From an uncultured Candidatus Binatia bacterium (GTDB lineage Bacteria; Desulfobacterota; Binatia; UBA9968; JAJDTQ01), in assembly GCA_965215605.1 (NCBI GenBank), contig OZ244070.1, positions 1,024,001-1,088,000 on the forward strand: a DNA stretch of 64,000 nt. The letters run 5' to 3'. Positions 22,636-34,288 of this stretch are shown here, piece after piece. Every line of letters starts with the position of its first letter. Position 1 is the stretch's first letter. Position numbers and translations under genes: made by a program. The notes beneath the pieces were generated by a model, which was not told where the DNA came from, searched no databases, and worked only from the letters and a program-made list of their open reading frames with translations.

Positions 22636-23979
22636 TCACGGCAGCTTGTAGGAGCTGTCCTTGATGAGCGCCCGCAGGTCCTGGCGGAACTCGCCGCGCC
22701 ACTTGGAGAGCACGAGGTCGGCGGGGCACCGTCCCTGTTCGATCAGGTCCCGTAGTGGTTTCAGGTGGATGGTCTCGTCCTCGCCGCGTCTGTTCGTGGC
22801 GTGTTGGCGCACCAAGCCTTCCCAGGCAATGTCGACCATTTCCTTCGCCAGGTCGCCGAGCGAATAGCGACGGAACCGGGCGGCCAAGCCGTGCCGGTGC
22901 GAGTCGTGATACGCCGTCATCCTCTCGTCGAAGGACCACCCCTTGACCAAGTCCCATGCGGCCCCGAGGCAGTCGTTGTCGTAGAAGATGCCCTTGATGA
23001 GCGCCGGCAACGACGGCATCAGCTCCGGCGCCTGACTGTCCGCGGAGCGGAACTCCATGTAGTGCTTCAGGCGCACCTCCGGGAACAGCGTGGTGAGGTG
23101 AAGCTCCCAATCCCCCATGGTGGCATGGTGGCCCTGGTGGCCGCGCTCCAGGAAATTGCGGAACGAGGTCCCGGTCATGTCCACGTAGCCGCCGTCTCGC
23201 GAGATGAGGTACATGGGCACGTCCAGGGCGTATTCCACGTAGTGATGAAAGGTGGCGTCGGGGGAGAAGCAGAACTCCAGGAGCCCGCACCGGTCCGGAT
23301 CGGTGCGGGTCCAGATGTGACCCCGGTAGCTCTTGAAGCCGTTGGGCTTCCCGTCCGAAATAGGCGAATTGGCGAAGGCCGCGCCGATAACCGGCGCCAG
23401 CCCCATGGCCGTCCGGAGCTTGGCCATGGCGTCCCTTTCGTCGCCGTAGTCGATGTTCGCCTGGACCGTGGCGGTCTGTTTCATCATGCGCTGGCCCAGG
23501 GTTCCCACCTTTGCCATGTACGGCCCCATGATGCGGTAGCGCCGCTTGGGCAGCCACTCGATCTCCTCGACTCGGCTGAAGGGTTGGATCCCCAGGCCGA
23601 GGAACACCACGTCGAACCGGCCGGCCACGTCGATGAGCTCGCGGATGTGCTGGGAGAACTCGGCGTTGCTGCAGTGGATGTCGTCGCAGGGCTCGCCGCT
23701 CAGCTCGATCTGCCCGCCCGGTTCCAGGGTGATGGCGTGGTTGCCGCGCTTCAGACCGATGACGAAGCCGTGTTCCTCCTGAGGCTCCCAGCCGTAGTCG
23801 CCGGCCAGGCCTTCGAGGATGACCCGGACGCCCCGCGGGCCGGAATACGAAAGCGCCTTGGCCGTGTCCCGCTCGATGCCCACCTTCTCGTACTCGGTGC
23901 CCACGCGCCACTGTTCCCGGGGCTTTCCGGCCTCGTGGAAGAAGGCTTCCAGCTCGTCTTGTCGCTCTATCACGGCCAT
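22636..23979 (-). CDS. gshA: Glutamate-cysteine ligase (plant/alphaproteobacterial type)
   Basis: WRVGTEYEK, ITLEPGGQIELSG, MMKQTATVQANID, FANSP, HLTTLFPEVRLK. Confidence 0.92.
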   Translation of the reverse strand: MAVIERQDELEAFFHEAGKPREQWRVGTEYEKVGIERDTAKALSYSGPRGVRVILEGLAGDYGWEPQEEHGFVIGLKRGNHAITLEPGGQIELSGEPCDDIHCSNAEFSQHIRELIDVAGRFDVVFLGLGIQPFSRVEEIEWLPKRRYRIMGPYMAKVGTLGQRMMKQTATVQANIDYGDERDAMAKLRTAMGLAPVIGAAFANSPISDGKPNGFKSYRGHIWTRTDPDRCGLLEFCFSPDATFHHYVEYALDVPMYLISRDGGYVDMTGTSFRNFLERGHQGHHATMGDWELHLTTLFPEVRLKHYMEFRSADSQAPELMPSLPALIKGIFYDNDCLGAAWDLVKGWSFDERMTAYHDSHRHGLAARFRRYSLGDLAKEMVDIAWEGLVRQHATNRRGEDETIHLKPLRDLIEQGRCPADLVLSKWRGEFRQDLRALIKDSSYKLP

Positions 23980-24012
23980 GGCAGGGATGATCGGGAACGC
24001 CGGCGGTCCGCG

Positions 24013-25050
<1,038 letters not shown>

Positions 25051-25150
25051 ATCCGTTTATCTTTCGGTCGTGCTCAAATATAGTACCCCGAGAAGATGGG
25101 TCAAGGGTCCAGGCATAAACGCGCCCCTTTTCCCGCTTCTCTCCGGGAAA

Positions 25151-25390
25151 ATGACGGATCTCATCCAACTGCTCGGATACGCATCGGGCGTCTATCTCGT
25201 CGCACCCGACCTGGCAGCGGAGCGGTTGGTCTCGACGCTGGCCGCGATCCACCTCTGCGACGCGGTTCTTTGCCTCGTCATCGCCGGGCAGAGCGGCCGT
25301 CACCGGACCGGCTGGACCTTGGCCGGCCTGTTCCTGGGCGCATGGGGCGCCCTCCCGCTTCTGTTGCAGCGGGGAAAGCATGGGGGATAG
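25151..25390 (+). CDS. Small hypothetical membrane protein (79 aa)
   Basis: MTDLIQLLG...WTLAGLFLGAWGALPLLL has hydrophobic helices and fills the gap between mtnA and ftsZ. Confidence 0.6.
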   Translation: MTDLIQLLGYASGVYLVAPDLAAERLVSTLAAIHLCDAVLCLVIAGQSGRHRTGWTLAGLFLGAWGALPLLLQRGKHGG

Positions 25391-25418
25391 CCTTCAGGCC
25401 TCCCCGGCGGCGCCCAAG

Positions 25419-26654
25419 CTAGTCCATCCGTTTGCGCAGGAACGTCGGTATATCGAAGTCATCCTCGCTCACATCATCCTCCTTGAGGTCGTAAGGTTGC
25501 GAGGCGTCCGGAACCTTCTGCCGGTCGTCGTGCGCCCAGGTGGGCTCCTCGAACTCGTCGTCCACGAGCGTCCCGAGGTGGATAACCTTCTTGTCCCCGA
25601 AGTCCTTGGCCCCCAGCCCCAGTGACCCCTGTCTTTGGGCCGCGGGCTTCCGCGGCTCTGCCGTCTCCGCCGCCGGCTCCGGCATGACCCGCCCCTGGGC
25701 GTCGCCGAACCCCGTGGCGATGACGGTGATCCGCAATTCCTCGTCGAGATCGTCGTCGATGACCGCGCCGAAGATGATGGTGGCGTCCTCGTGGGCCTCG
25801 CCCTGGATCAGGGTCGCCGCCTCGTTGACCTCGAACAGGCTCATGTCCGGACCGCCGGTGACGTTGATCAGCACGCCGCGGGCGCCGTTGATGGAAATGT
25901 CCTCCAGAAGCGGGCTGGAGATGGCCTGCTGCGCCGCCTCCACCGCCCGGTTCTCGCCCACCGCCGAGGCCGCGCCCATGAGCGCGAATCCCATCTCCTT
26001 CATGACCGTGCGGACGTCGGCGAAGTCGAGGTTGATGAGCCCCGGCGTCACGATCAGGTCCGCGATGCCCCGGACCGCCTGCGTCACCACGCTGTCCGCG
26101 ACCTTGAACGTTTCCAGCAGCGTCGTGGACTTGCCCGCGATGCTGAGGAGCCGCTGGTTCGGGATGACCACCAGGGTATCCACCTTGTCCTTGAGATCCC
26201 GGATGCCTTCCTCGGCCTGCTGCATGCGGCGCTTCCCCTCGAAGACGAAGGGCTTGGTGACCACGCCCACCGTCAGCGCCCCGAGCTCTTTCGCCACGCT
26301 GGCGATGACCGGCGCGCCACCGGTGCCGGTGCCGCCGCCCATGCCCGCCGTGATGAAGATCATGTCCGCGCCCGTGAGACACTCGCGGATGCGCTCCTTG
26401 TCCTCCATCGCCGCGCGACGGCCCATCTCCGGGTTGGCTCCGGCTCCGAGTCCCTTGGTCAGAGAATCCCCGATCTGGACCTTGATCTCCGCCCGGTTCG
26501 CGTCCAGCGCCTGGCTGTCGGTATTGGCCACGATGAAGTCCACGCCCTTGAGCCCCTCTTCGATCATCGTGTTGACGGCATTTCCGCCGCCCCCGCCGAT
26601 GCCGATGACCTTGATCCGGGCTCCGGAATCAACCGGTTCCACCATCTCAAACAT
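25419..26654 (-). CDS. ftsZ: Cell division protein FtsZ
   Basis: [23 protein letters not shown] and C-terminal DIPTFLR. Confidence 0.99.
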   Translation of the reverse strand: MFEMVEPVDSGARIKVIGIGGGGGNAVNTMIEEGLKGVDFIVANTDSQALDANRAEIKVQIGDSLTKGLGAGANPEMGRRAAMEDKERIRECLTGADMIFITAGMGGGTGTGGAPVIASVAKELGALTVGVVTKPFVFEGKRRMQQAEEGIRDLKDKVDTLVVIPNQRLLSIAGKSTTLLETFKVADSVVTQAVRGIADLIVTPGLINLDFADVRTVMKEMGFALMGAASAVGENRAVEAAQQAISSPLLEDISINGARGVLINVTGGPDMSLFEVNEAATLIQGEAHEDATIIFGAVIDDDLDEELRITVIATGFGDAQGRVMPEPAAETAEPRKPAAQRQGSLGLGAKDFGDKKVIHLGTLVDDEFEEPTWAHDDRQKVPDASQPYDLKEDDVSEDDFDIPTFLRKRMD

Positions 26655-26747
26655 AATCCTCCTCCTTTTCCTCGTGTATGACGTTCTGTCGTTTCGTCTC
26701 GAGCGAACAGCCGGATAGGGGGCCGCCCGCCTCCGCCCAATCTCCGG

Positions 26748-27977
26748 CTAGAAAAACTCCCTCAACCATTCCGTCATCCGACCCCGGACCTTGAACAACA
26801 GGGGGTCATTGTCCCGGAAGCGGAAATGATTTCTCTCCTGCTTGCCGAGGCCGTACAGCAGCAACCCGGTGCCGGTGGCGTAGACCGGGCTGGACACCAC
26901 CTCCACCAACCCGGTGACGTTGGCGGCCACGCCTTGACGCACCGGCACGTTGAAGATTCTCTCTGCCATCTCGATCATTCCCGGCAGCAGCGTGGAGCCG
27001 CCGGTCATGACGATGCCCGAGACCAGTTGGTCCTCGTAGCCGGACCGGCCGATCTCCCGCCGTACCAGTTGGAAGACTTCCTCCAGACGGGGTTCGATGA
27101 TCTCGCACAGGATCTGCCGCGACACCGAGCGCGGGCTCCGCCCCCCCACGCTGGGCACCTCGAGCATCTCGTTGCGGTGGGCCGCCTCGGCTGCCGCGCA
27201 GCCGTAACGCTGCTTCAACTGCTCCGCGGCCGCCATCGGCGCATGCAGCCCGGCGGCGATGTCGCCGGTCAGGTGATTGCCCCCCACGCCCAGCACCGCC
27301 GTATGCTTCACCGAGCCGCCCTGGAACAGCGCGATGTCCGTGGTCCCGCCGCCCATGTCCACCAACGCGATCCCGAGCTCCTTCTCTTCCTGAGTCAGGA
27401 CGGCGTCGGCGGAGGCCAGCGGCTCAAGCACGAAGTCGGCGACGTTGAGGCCCGTTCGATTGCAGCACTTGACGATGTTCTGGGCCGCGGTCACGGCTCC
27501 GGTTACGATGTGGACACTGGCCTCGAGCCGGACGCCGGACATGCCCCGGGGCTCCTGGATGCCGCGTTGTCCGTCGATCGCGAATTCCTGCGGCAACACG
27601 TGGAGCACTTCCCGGTCCAGAGAGATGGGCACGGCCTTGGCCGCGTCGATGACACGCTCGACGTCGTCATCGGTCACTTCCTTGTTCTTGACGGCCACGA
27701 CGCCCTGGCTGTTGAACCCCTCGATGTGACTGCCGGCGATGCCGGCGAAGACGGTGTTGATCTCACAGCCGGCCATGAGCTCGGCCTCCTCCACCGCCTT
27801 CTTGATGGATTCCATGGTGGCCTCGATGTTGATCACCACGCCTTTCCTCAATCCACGGGACGGGTGAATGCCGACGCCCACCACCTCCGGGCCCTGGTCG
27901 GTCTGCTCTCCCACCACCGCGCAGACCTTGTGGGTGCCGACGTCGAGTCCGACAACAACATTCGTCTTCTTAGCCAT
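26748..27977 (-). CDS. ftsA: Cell division protein FtsA
   Basis: GLDVGTHKV, DMGGGTTD, TGG; position in dcw. Confidence 0.98.
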   Translation of the reverse strand: MAKKTNVVVGLDVGTHKVCAVVGEQTDQGPEVVGVGIHPSRGLRKGVVINIEATMESIKKAVEEAELMAGCEINTVFAGIAGSHIEGFNSQGVVAVKNKEVTDDDVERVIDAAKAVPISLDREVLHVLPQEFAIDGQRGIQEPRGMSGVRLEASVHIVTGAVTAAQNIVKCCNRTGLNVADFVLEPLASADAVLTQEEKELGIALVDMGGGTTDIALFQGGSVKHTAVLGVGGNHLTGDIAAGLHAPMAAAEQLKQRYGCAAAEAAHRNEMLEVPSVGGRSPRSVSRQILCEIIEPRLEEVFQLVRREIGRSGYEDQLVSGIVMTGGSTLLPGMIEMAERIFNVPVRQGVAANVTGLVEVVSSPVYATGTGLLLYGLGKQERNHFRFRDNDPLLFKVRGRMTEWLREFF

Positions 27978-28009
27978 GGCTTCCGGTGTCCCTTCCTTGC
28001 ATCATCGGA

Positions 28010-28855
28010 TCACACCCGCCCCCGCGGACGCGCGACCACCTGCCCCTTGAAACTCACGTCCACGGCCTCGAAACGGGCCCCCTGCCCGGGAAACTCCCGC
28101 ACGAACCACCGCAACCGTTCCAGCTTGGCGCTCCAGTCTCCCCAACCCATGTGGAACGGCACGGTGTAGGATACCGGATAGAGCACGATGCCCCCGCCGG
28201 GCTGAAAGCGGATCTCGGACAGGCCCAGCGTGGTGCGCTCCACCGTCCGTCCGAAGGACAGGGCCTCGGCCAGCTTCTCCCGCGTGCCGGGATCCCGCGG
28301 CGAGAGCCCGGCGGCGCGAAGGCCGGTGATGAAGGGAAAGTCCACGGAATCCTGCTCGTCCAGGGCCTTGAAGACCACCCCGTCGTCGGCCACGTAGTAA
28401 AGTTTGTCCAGGGCGACGATGCCTCCGGGTTCCCATTCCTCGATGCGGATCACCAACCGCCCCGGCAGTTCCCGCCGTATCAGGACGCGCTTCACCCAAG
28501 GGTGCTGCCGTACCCTTTCTTCGACCTCGACGGGGTCGATGGTCCAGATTGGCGTGTCGGGTCCCAGCCCCGACATCACCACGATGTCGGCCCCCTTGAT
28601 CTTCTCGGCCCCCAGCACCTTCACCTCCCGGACGGTGAAGTAGGGGTGCGTCAGAATGAAGCTCGAGGTCTCCCGGACCGCGGTCCGAAGCCCGCCCGCC
28701 GCCTGCCCCGCCGCCCACCGGCCCTGGCGGGACAGATCGACGAAATAGCCGGGGTAGAACAACCACCCGAGCAGCGCCAGCGCGCACACGGACGCGCCCG
28801 CCATTCCCCGGCGGCTGGTCAATCGCTTCATGAACCGGACCCGCGGACTACGCAT
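28010..28855 (-). CDS. ftsQ: Cell division protein FtsQ
   Basis: Single TM segment, POTRA domain (HPWVKRVLIRRELPGRLVIRIEE), position between ddl and ftsA. Confidence 0.9.
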   Translation of the reverse strand: MRSPRVRFMKRLTSRRGMAGASVCALALLGWLFYPGYFVDLSRQGRWAAGQAAGGLRTAVRETSSFILTHPYFTVREVKVLGAEKIKGADIVVMSGLGPDTPIWTIDPVEVEERVRQHPWVKRVLIRRELPGRLVIRIEEWEPGGIVALDKLYYVADDGVVFKALDEQDSVDFPFITGLRAAGLSPRDPGTREKLAEALSFGRTVERTTLGLSEIRFQPGGGIVLYPVSYTVPFHMGWGDWSAKLERLRWFVREFPGQGARFEAVDVSFKGQVVARPRGRV

Positions 28856-29822
28856 TGCCTGCCTCCCGCGGCGGCGAGGCCGCGCGACCCGCCACGCCGT
28901 TCTTCAGCGCGGCGCCGTCGAGGATCCGCTCCACCAGATCCTCGAAGCCGATGCCGACCCCGGCGGCGATCTCGGGCAAGAGACTCAGGGGGGTCATCCC
29001 CGGCAGCGTGTTGACCTCGAGCACGTACGGCCGCCGCTCCGGCGAGATGCGGAAGTCCACGCGCGGCGCGCCCTCGCAGCCCAGCGTCCGGCAGACCCGC
29101 GCCGCCAACTCCATGGCCCGGCGGTACAGCGGGCCGGGCAAGGGAGCCGGAAAAATGTGCGCGGCCATGCCGGAGGTGTACTTGGCGTCAAAATCGTAGA
29201 AGCCCTTCGCCGGCCTGATCTCCGTGACGCCCAGGGCCTCGCCGTTCAGGAGCCCCACGGTGATCTCCTTGCCGGGCACGTATTGCTCCACCAGCGCGTC
29301 CCGGTCGAACCGGCAGGCCTCGCGGACCGCCCGGGCCATGTCCCTTTGCCGGCGCACGATGACGACTCCGATGCTGGACCCTTCGGTCCGGGGCTTCACC
29401 ACCACGGGCAAAGGCAGCCTCGAAGCCGCCGCTTCGTCCGCGCTCACCACCTGATACGAAGGCGTGGGAATGCGGTTCCGCACCAGCACCTGCTTGGCCA
29501 ATACCTTGTCCATGCACAGCGCCGAAGCGGTCACGCCCGAACCGGTATAGGGTATTCCCATGACCTCCAGCAGTCCCTGCACGCAGCCGTCCTCGCCGAT
29601 CTTTCCGTGAAGCGCGTTGAAGACCACGTCGATCCGCCGTTTCCGGAGCTGCGCGGCCAGGTCCGCGCCGGCGTCGATGAGCGACACCGCCCGATAGCCC
29701 CTTCGTTGCAACGCCCCGGCCACCTCCTTGCCGGACACCAGCGACACGTCCCTTTCCGCGGAAGGGCCGCCGTACAGGACCCCCACGCGCCGGGGTCGGC
29801 GGGCTCCCGACGGCGGCCTCAT
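28848..29822 (-). CDS. ddl: D-alanine-D-alanine ligase
   Basis: GGPSAERDVS, LHGKIGEDG, EGSSIG, YDFDAKY, LEVNTLPGMT; ATGA overlap with murB. Confidence 0.97.
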   Translation of the reverse strand: MRPPSGARRPRRVGVLYGGPSAERDVSLVSGKEVAGALQRRGYRAVSLIDAGADLAAQLRKRRIDVVFNALHGKIGEDGCVQGLLEVMGIPYTGSGVTASALCMDKVLAKQVLVRNRIPTPSYQVVSADEAAASRLPLPVVVKPRTEGSSIGVVIVRRQRDMARAVREACRFDRDALVEQYVPGKEITVGLLNGEALGVTEIRPAKGFYDFDAKYTSGMAAHIFPAPLPGPLYRRAMELAARVCRTLGCEGAPRVDFRISPERRPYVLEVNTLPGMTPLSLLPEIAAGVGIGFEDLVERILDGAALKNGVAGRAASPPREAGNA

Positions 29823-30733
29823 TGCGGCCACTCCCCGGCGAGGCGGACCTCGGTCTGCAGCGTCACCGAAAACCGGCTTTCCACCTCGCTGCACACCCGT
29901 TCGATGAGCCCCCTCACGTCCTGTGCCCGGGCGCCGCCGAGATTGAGAATGAAGTTCGCGTGCCGGCGCGAGACCTCGGCGCCGCCCACCCGGAGGCCCT
30001 TGAGCCCCGAGGCCTCGATCAGCCGGCCGGCGTGGTCGCCCGGCGGATTGCGGAACACCGACCCGAAATTGGGATGGCCCGACGGCTGGCTTTCCCGCCG
30101 GTGCGCCATGATGGCCCGCATGCGGGCGTCCACCACTGCCGCCGTTTCCGGCGTCAGGGCCATGCCCACCCGGGTCACGACGGCCCCTGCCGGGAGGCGC
30201 GCCTCACGATAGGCGAACTGCAACTCCTCGCGCCGGAGCGCCAACGCCTCGCCCGCGCGCGTTACCGCGTCAACCCTGGTCACGACCCGCTCCATTTCCG
30301 ATCCGTAGGCCCCGGCGTTCATCACCAGCGAGCCGCCGACGCTGCCGGGAATGCCCTCGGCGAACTCCAGTCCGCCCAGCCCCCGGCGCACGGCCTCCCG
30401 CACCAGCCGGCTCACCGCGTAGGCGGCGCCGACCTCGGCTCCCGCCCCGCGCCAGCGCGCCCTGCGAAACTCCCCCCGCAACCGCAGCACGGCGCCGCGC
30501 ACGCCGAGGTCGCTCACCAGCAGGTTGCTGCCGTTGCCCAGCAGCAGCAGCGGCACGCCGTGGCGCTCCACCGCCTTCAGGCAGGCGGTCAGCCCCGGGC
30601 TCGTATGCGCCTCCAGGAAGCAGTCCGCCGGACCGCCGACCTTGAAGGAGGTGTAACGGGCCAAGGGCTCGCCCGCCTTGACCGCGACCCCGGCGATGCG
30701 GCTCAGGTCCCTGACCAGCCGGTCCGTGGTCAT
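29819..30733 (-). CDS. murB: UDP-N-acetylenolpyruvoylglucosamine reductase
   Basis: SFKVGGPA, GNGSNLL, GIPGSVGG..MNAGA, GSVFRNP, HANF. Confidence 0.97.
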   Translation of the reverse strand: MTTDRLVRDLSRIAGVAVKAGEPLARYTSFKVGGPADCFLEAHTSPGLTACLKAVERHGVPLLLLGNGSNLLVSDLGVRGAVLRLRGEFRRARWRGAGAEVGAAYAVSRLVREAVRRGLGGLEFAEGIPGSVGGSLVMNAGAYGSEMERVVTRVDAVTRAGEALALRREELQFAYREARLPAGAVVTRVGMALTPETAAVVDARMRAIMAHRRESQPSGHPNFGSVFRNPPGDHAGRLIEASGLKGLRVGGAEVSRRHANFILNLGGARAQDVRGLIERVCSEVESRFSVTLQTEVRLAGEWPQ

Positions 30734-32121
30734 GGCATCTGTTCCCGCAAGGAATCAATCAGCGCCTCCCCGACCTTGTGAATGTCCCCGGCCCCCAGGG
30801 TGAGGACCATGTCTCCATCCGCGAGCCTTGGCAGCAGCCTCACGGCCACGTCGTCCTTGTCCTCGATGAACTCCACGTCCATGTGGCCCCGCCGCCGAAT
30901 GGCCCGGTACAACTCCTCCGCGCCGGCCCCCGGCGCCGGTTCCTCGCCGGCGGCGTAGATGTCCGTGAGGATGAGCCGGTGGGCGCGGTCGAACGCGGAA
31001 ACGAAATCCTGAAAGAGGTCCTTCGTCCGACTGTAGCGGTGGGGCTGGAACACCACCGTCAGGGGCCGGTCCCAACCCTCGATGATGGCGCGCAGGGTCG
31101 CCTCGATCTCCGTGGGATGGTGTCCGTAATCATCCATCACCAGCACCCCGGCGATCTCCCCCTTGATCTCCGACCGCCGATGGATGCCGGCGAACGCGCC
31201 CAACGCCGCCGCCGAGGCGGCAAAGTCGATGCCGAGTTCCGTGGCCACGGCGATGGCCGCCAGGGCATTGGCCACGCTGTGCCGTCCGGGCATGGGCAGC
31301 GTGACCGTGCCCAGCGCGCCGCCGCGATACCGCACCGAGAACGTGGTCTCCATCTGCCGGATCCGGACCCCCTCGGCGGTGAAATCGGCATCCCCGGACA
31401 GCCCGTAGGTGACCACCCGCTTCCGGACCCGCGGCAGCAGGCCGCGCACCGTCGGATGGTCGAGGCACAGCACTGCGACGCCGTAGAACGGCACCTTGTT
31501 GATAAATTCCAGGAACGCGTCGGCCAGGGCTTCCGTGGCGCCGTAGTAGTCGATGTGCTCCCGGTCGATGTTGGTCACCACCGCCACCGCGGGCGACAGC
31601 AACAGGAACGTGCCGTCACTCTCGTCGGCCTCGGCCACCAGGATATCGCCGGTGCCCATCTGCGCGTTGCCGGCCAGCGACCGCACCCGGCCGCCGATGA
31701 CCAGCGTCGGATCCATCCGCGCCGCCGTCAGCACGTGGCCGATCATCGACGTGGTGGTGGTCTTCCCGTGGCTCCCTGCCACCGCGATGCCGTATTTCAT
31801 GCGCATGAGCTCGGCGAGCATCTCGGCCCGCGGGATCACCGGGATCTGCCGCTCCTTGGCGGCCGTCACCTCGGGGTTGGAGAACTTCACCGCGGTGGAG
31901 ATCACCACCACCGAGAGCGCCTCCGTAAGGTTTGCGGCATCGTGTCCGATGTGGACCTCCGCCCCCAGGGAGCGCAGCCGCCGGGTGGCCTCGCTTTCCT
32001 GGAGATCGGAGCCGCTGATTTCATAGCCCAGGTTCAACAGCACCTCCGCGATGCCGCTCATGCCCACGCCGCCGATGCCGACGAAGTGCACCCGATGGCG
32101 TCTCTCGAAGGGCGCCGTCAT
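30730..32121 (-). CDS. murC: UDP-N-acetylmuramate-L-alanine ligase
   Basis: HFVGIGGVGMSG, GSHGKTTTT, EADESD, DDYGHHPTEI, FQPHRYSR. Confidence 0.98.
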   Translation of the reverse strand: MTAPFERRHRVHFVGIGGVGMSGIAEVLLNLGYEISGSDLQESEATRRLRSLGAEVHIGHDAANLTEALSVVVISTAVKFSNPEVTAAKERQIPVIPRAEMLAELMRMKYGIAVAGSHGKTTTTSMIGHVLTAARMDPTLVIGGRVRSLAGNAQMGTGDILVAEADESDGTFLLLSPAVAVVTNIDREHIDYYGATEALADAFLEFINKVPFYGVAVLCLDHPTVRGLLPRVRKRVVTYGLSGDADFTAEGVRIRQMETTFSVRYRGGALGTVTLPMPGRHSVANALAAIAVATELGIDFAASAAALGAFAGIHRRSEIKGEIAGVLVMDDYGHHPTEIEATLRAIIEGWDRPLTVVFQPHRYSRTKDLFQDFVSAFDRAHRLILTDIYAAGEEPAPGAGAEELYRAIRRRGHMDVEFIEDKDDVAVRLLPRLADGDMVLTLGAGDIHKVGEALIDSLREQMP

Positions 32122-33191
32122 GACCACTCCGGGACGAGGGCATGACACTCGTCCACGATTCGCTCGGCCGCATCCCCGCGGCCGAGAGCCGCCGCGGCCC
32201 GGCCCATGGCCGCCCGCCGCGCGGGGTCTCCATGGAGCGCGCGGAGGGTTTCGGCCAGCCCCGCGGGCGTCAACTCCGGCTCCGCGATCATTTCAGCGGC
32301 GCCGGCCTGCTGGAGGGCCAGCGCGTTGAGCCGTTGATGGTCGTGGGCGGCGTACGGGTACGGCACCAGCACCGACGGCTTACCGAAGACGGCGAGCTCC
32401 GCGAGGGTGGAGGCGCCGGCCCGGCAGATCACCAGATCGGCCGAGGCGTAGGCCTTGTCCATGCGGTCGATGAAGGGCAGCACCTCCGCTTCGCACGGCA
32501 GCGGGTCGTAGCCCTTCCTCACCGACTCCTCGTCGGCGCGTCCGGTCTGGTGCGTCACCCGAAAGCCGGCCGCCGCCTCGCCGAGGTGCGCCAATGCGGC
32601 GAGCGCCACCTCGTTGATACGGCGGGCGCCGGCACTGCCGCCAAAGATCAGAAGATGGAAGCGCTCCTCCCGGTCCACCTCGGGCAGCGTCCGCCAACGC
32701 ACGGGGGTGCCGGTCAACACCACCTTGGCCCGGGGAAAATACTCGAGGCTCTCGCGGAAGCTGGTGAAGATCCGGTCCACCAGCCGTCCCAGAATACGGT
32801 TGGTGAAGCCCGGGCGCAGGTTCTGCTCCAGGATCGCGCAGCGAATGCGCCGCGACGCCCCCGCCAGCAGCAGCGGTCCGGACGCGTATCCGCCGAGGCC
32901 GATGATGCACTGGGGATCGAAGCCCCGGATGATGGCCCGGGAGCGCCACAGGCTCACGGGGATGCCGTAGAGTCCTTCCAACAGTCCCCTCAGGCCCCGT
33001 CCCTTGAGGCCCCGTATCGGCAACAGTTCGATGGGAAACTCCGTCTCCGGAACGACCCGGCTCTCGATGCCCGAAGAGCTGCCGACGAAAAGTATGCGCA
33101 TCTCGCGGTTCCGCCGGCGAAACTCCCGCGCCACCGCGAGGCCGGGAAAGAGATGACCGCCTGTGCCGCCGCCGGCCACGATCAGCCTCAT
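32118..33191 (-). CDS. murG: Lipid II GlcNAc transferase
   Basis: AGGGTGGH, GGY, EQN, GGSAGA, RAGAST, HQRLNA. Confidence 0.97.
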   Translation of the reverse strand: MRLIVAGGGTGGHLFPGLAVAREFRRRNREMRILFVGSSSGIESRVVPETEFPIELLPIRGLKGRGLRGLLEGLYGIPVSLWRSRAIIRGFDPQCIIGLGGYASGPLLLAGASRRIRCAILEQNLRPGFTNRILGRLVDRIFTSFRESLEYFPRAKVVLTGTPVRWRTLPEVDREERFHLLIFGGSAGARRINEVALAALAHLGEAAAGFRVTHQTGRADEESVRKGYDPLPCEAEVLPFIDRMDKAYASADLVICRAGASTLAELAVFGKPSVLVPYPYAAHDHQRLNALALQQAGAAEMIAEPELTPAGLAETLRALHGDPARRAAMGRAAAALGRGDAAERIVDECHALVPEWS

Positions 33192-34288
33192 TCCCGTGCC
33201 CTCCGCCAGGACACGCTCAGGAGCATACCCGCCACCGTCAGGTGCGCCACCATGGCGGAGCCGCCGTAGCTGACGAACGGCAGCACCAAACCCTTGGTCG
33301 GCACCAGGCCCATGACCACGCTCATGTGCACCAGCGCCTGGAGCGCCAGGAGCATGGTGAGGCCGAACACCAGGAGCCGCGTGAAGGGGTCTTCGCTGTC
33401 CATGGCGAGCCGCAAGCCGCGAAAGAGCAGGATGCCGAAGAGCCCCAGGACCAGCAGCGCGCCCCACAGCCCCAACTCCTCGCCGATCACCGAGTAGATG
33501 AAATCCGTGTGCGCCTCCGGGAGATAGAGCAGCTTCTGCCGGCTCTGCCCCAAACCTCGGCCCCAGAGCTGCCCGGAGCCGAAGGCGATGAAGGACTGAA
33601 TGATCTGAAAGCCGCTGTCGGCGGAGTCGCTCCAAGGGTCCATGAAGGCCAGCAGCCGCTTCACGCGGTAGTCCGCGGACAGGATGAAGAACGCTCCCGC
33701 CGGCAGGGCCGCCAACCCCACGGCGGCGATGTGCCGGACCCGCCCCCCGGCCACGAACAGCATGGCCAAGGTGATGACGGCCAGAATGAACGCCGAGCCG
33801 AAGTCCGGCTCCGCCAGCAGCAGGCCCACGAACACCCCCGCCACCAGCAGCGGCGGGAGCATGTCGTGGACGAACCGTTCCAGCCGGCCGATCTTTCTGG
33901 AGAGGCTGTACGCAAGGTAGAGCACGAAGGTGACCTTGGCGACCTCCGACGGCTGGAAGACGAACGGAGGCACGCCCAGCCAGCGATGGGCGCCGCCGCG
34001 GGAGACGCCTATGCCGGGGATCAGCACCAGCACCATGGCGATGAGGGTTACCACCAGCAGCGGCCCGGTGAGACGGCGGTAGGCCGACGGCGGCAGCAGC
34101 ACGGCCACGGAAAGTCCCAGCAGGCCGAGGCCGACGGCGACAAGCTGTTTGCGAAAGAGGTAGGTGCCGTCGCCGAAGCGTTCCTGGGAGAAGAGGTAGC
34201 TGGTATTCAGCACCATGGTGATGCCGATGGCGAGCAGCACCGCCAGGCTCAGCAGCATCCAGCGGTCCATGTTGCGTATCTCGCTCAT
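33188..34288 (-). CDS. ftsW: SEDS peptidoglycan polymerase FtsW
   Basis: HRW, QPSEVAK, EPDFG, YLPEAHTDFI, PTKG..LPFVSYGGS. Confidence 0.97.
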   Translation of the reverse strand: MSEIRNMDRWMLLSLAVLLAIGITMVLNTSYLFSQERFGDGTYLFRKQLVAVGLGLLGLSVAVLLPPSAYRRLTGPLLVVTLIAMVLVLIPGIGVSRGGAHRWLGVPPFVFQPSEVAKVTFVLYLAYSLSRKIGRLERFVHDMLPPLLVAGVFVGLLLAEPDFGSAFILAVITLAMLFVAGGRVRHIAAVGLAALPAGAFFILSADYRVKRLLAFMDPWSDSADSGFQIIQSFIAFGSGQLWGRGLGQSRQKLLYLPEAHTDFIYSVIGEELGLWGALLVLGLFGILLFRGLRLAMDSEDPFTRLLVFGLTMLLALQALVHMSVVMGLVPTKGLVLPFVSYGGSAMVAHLTVAGMLLSVSWRRARE

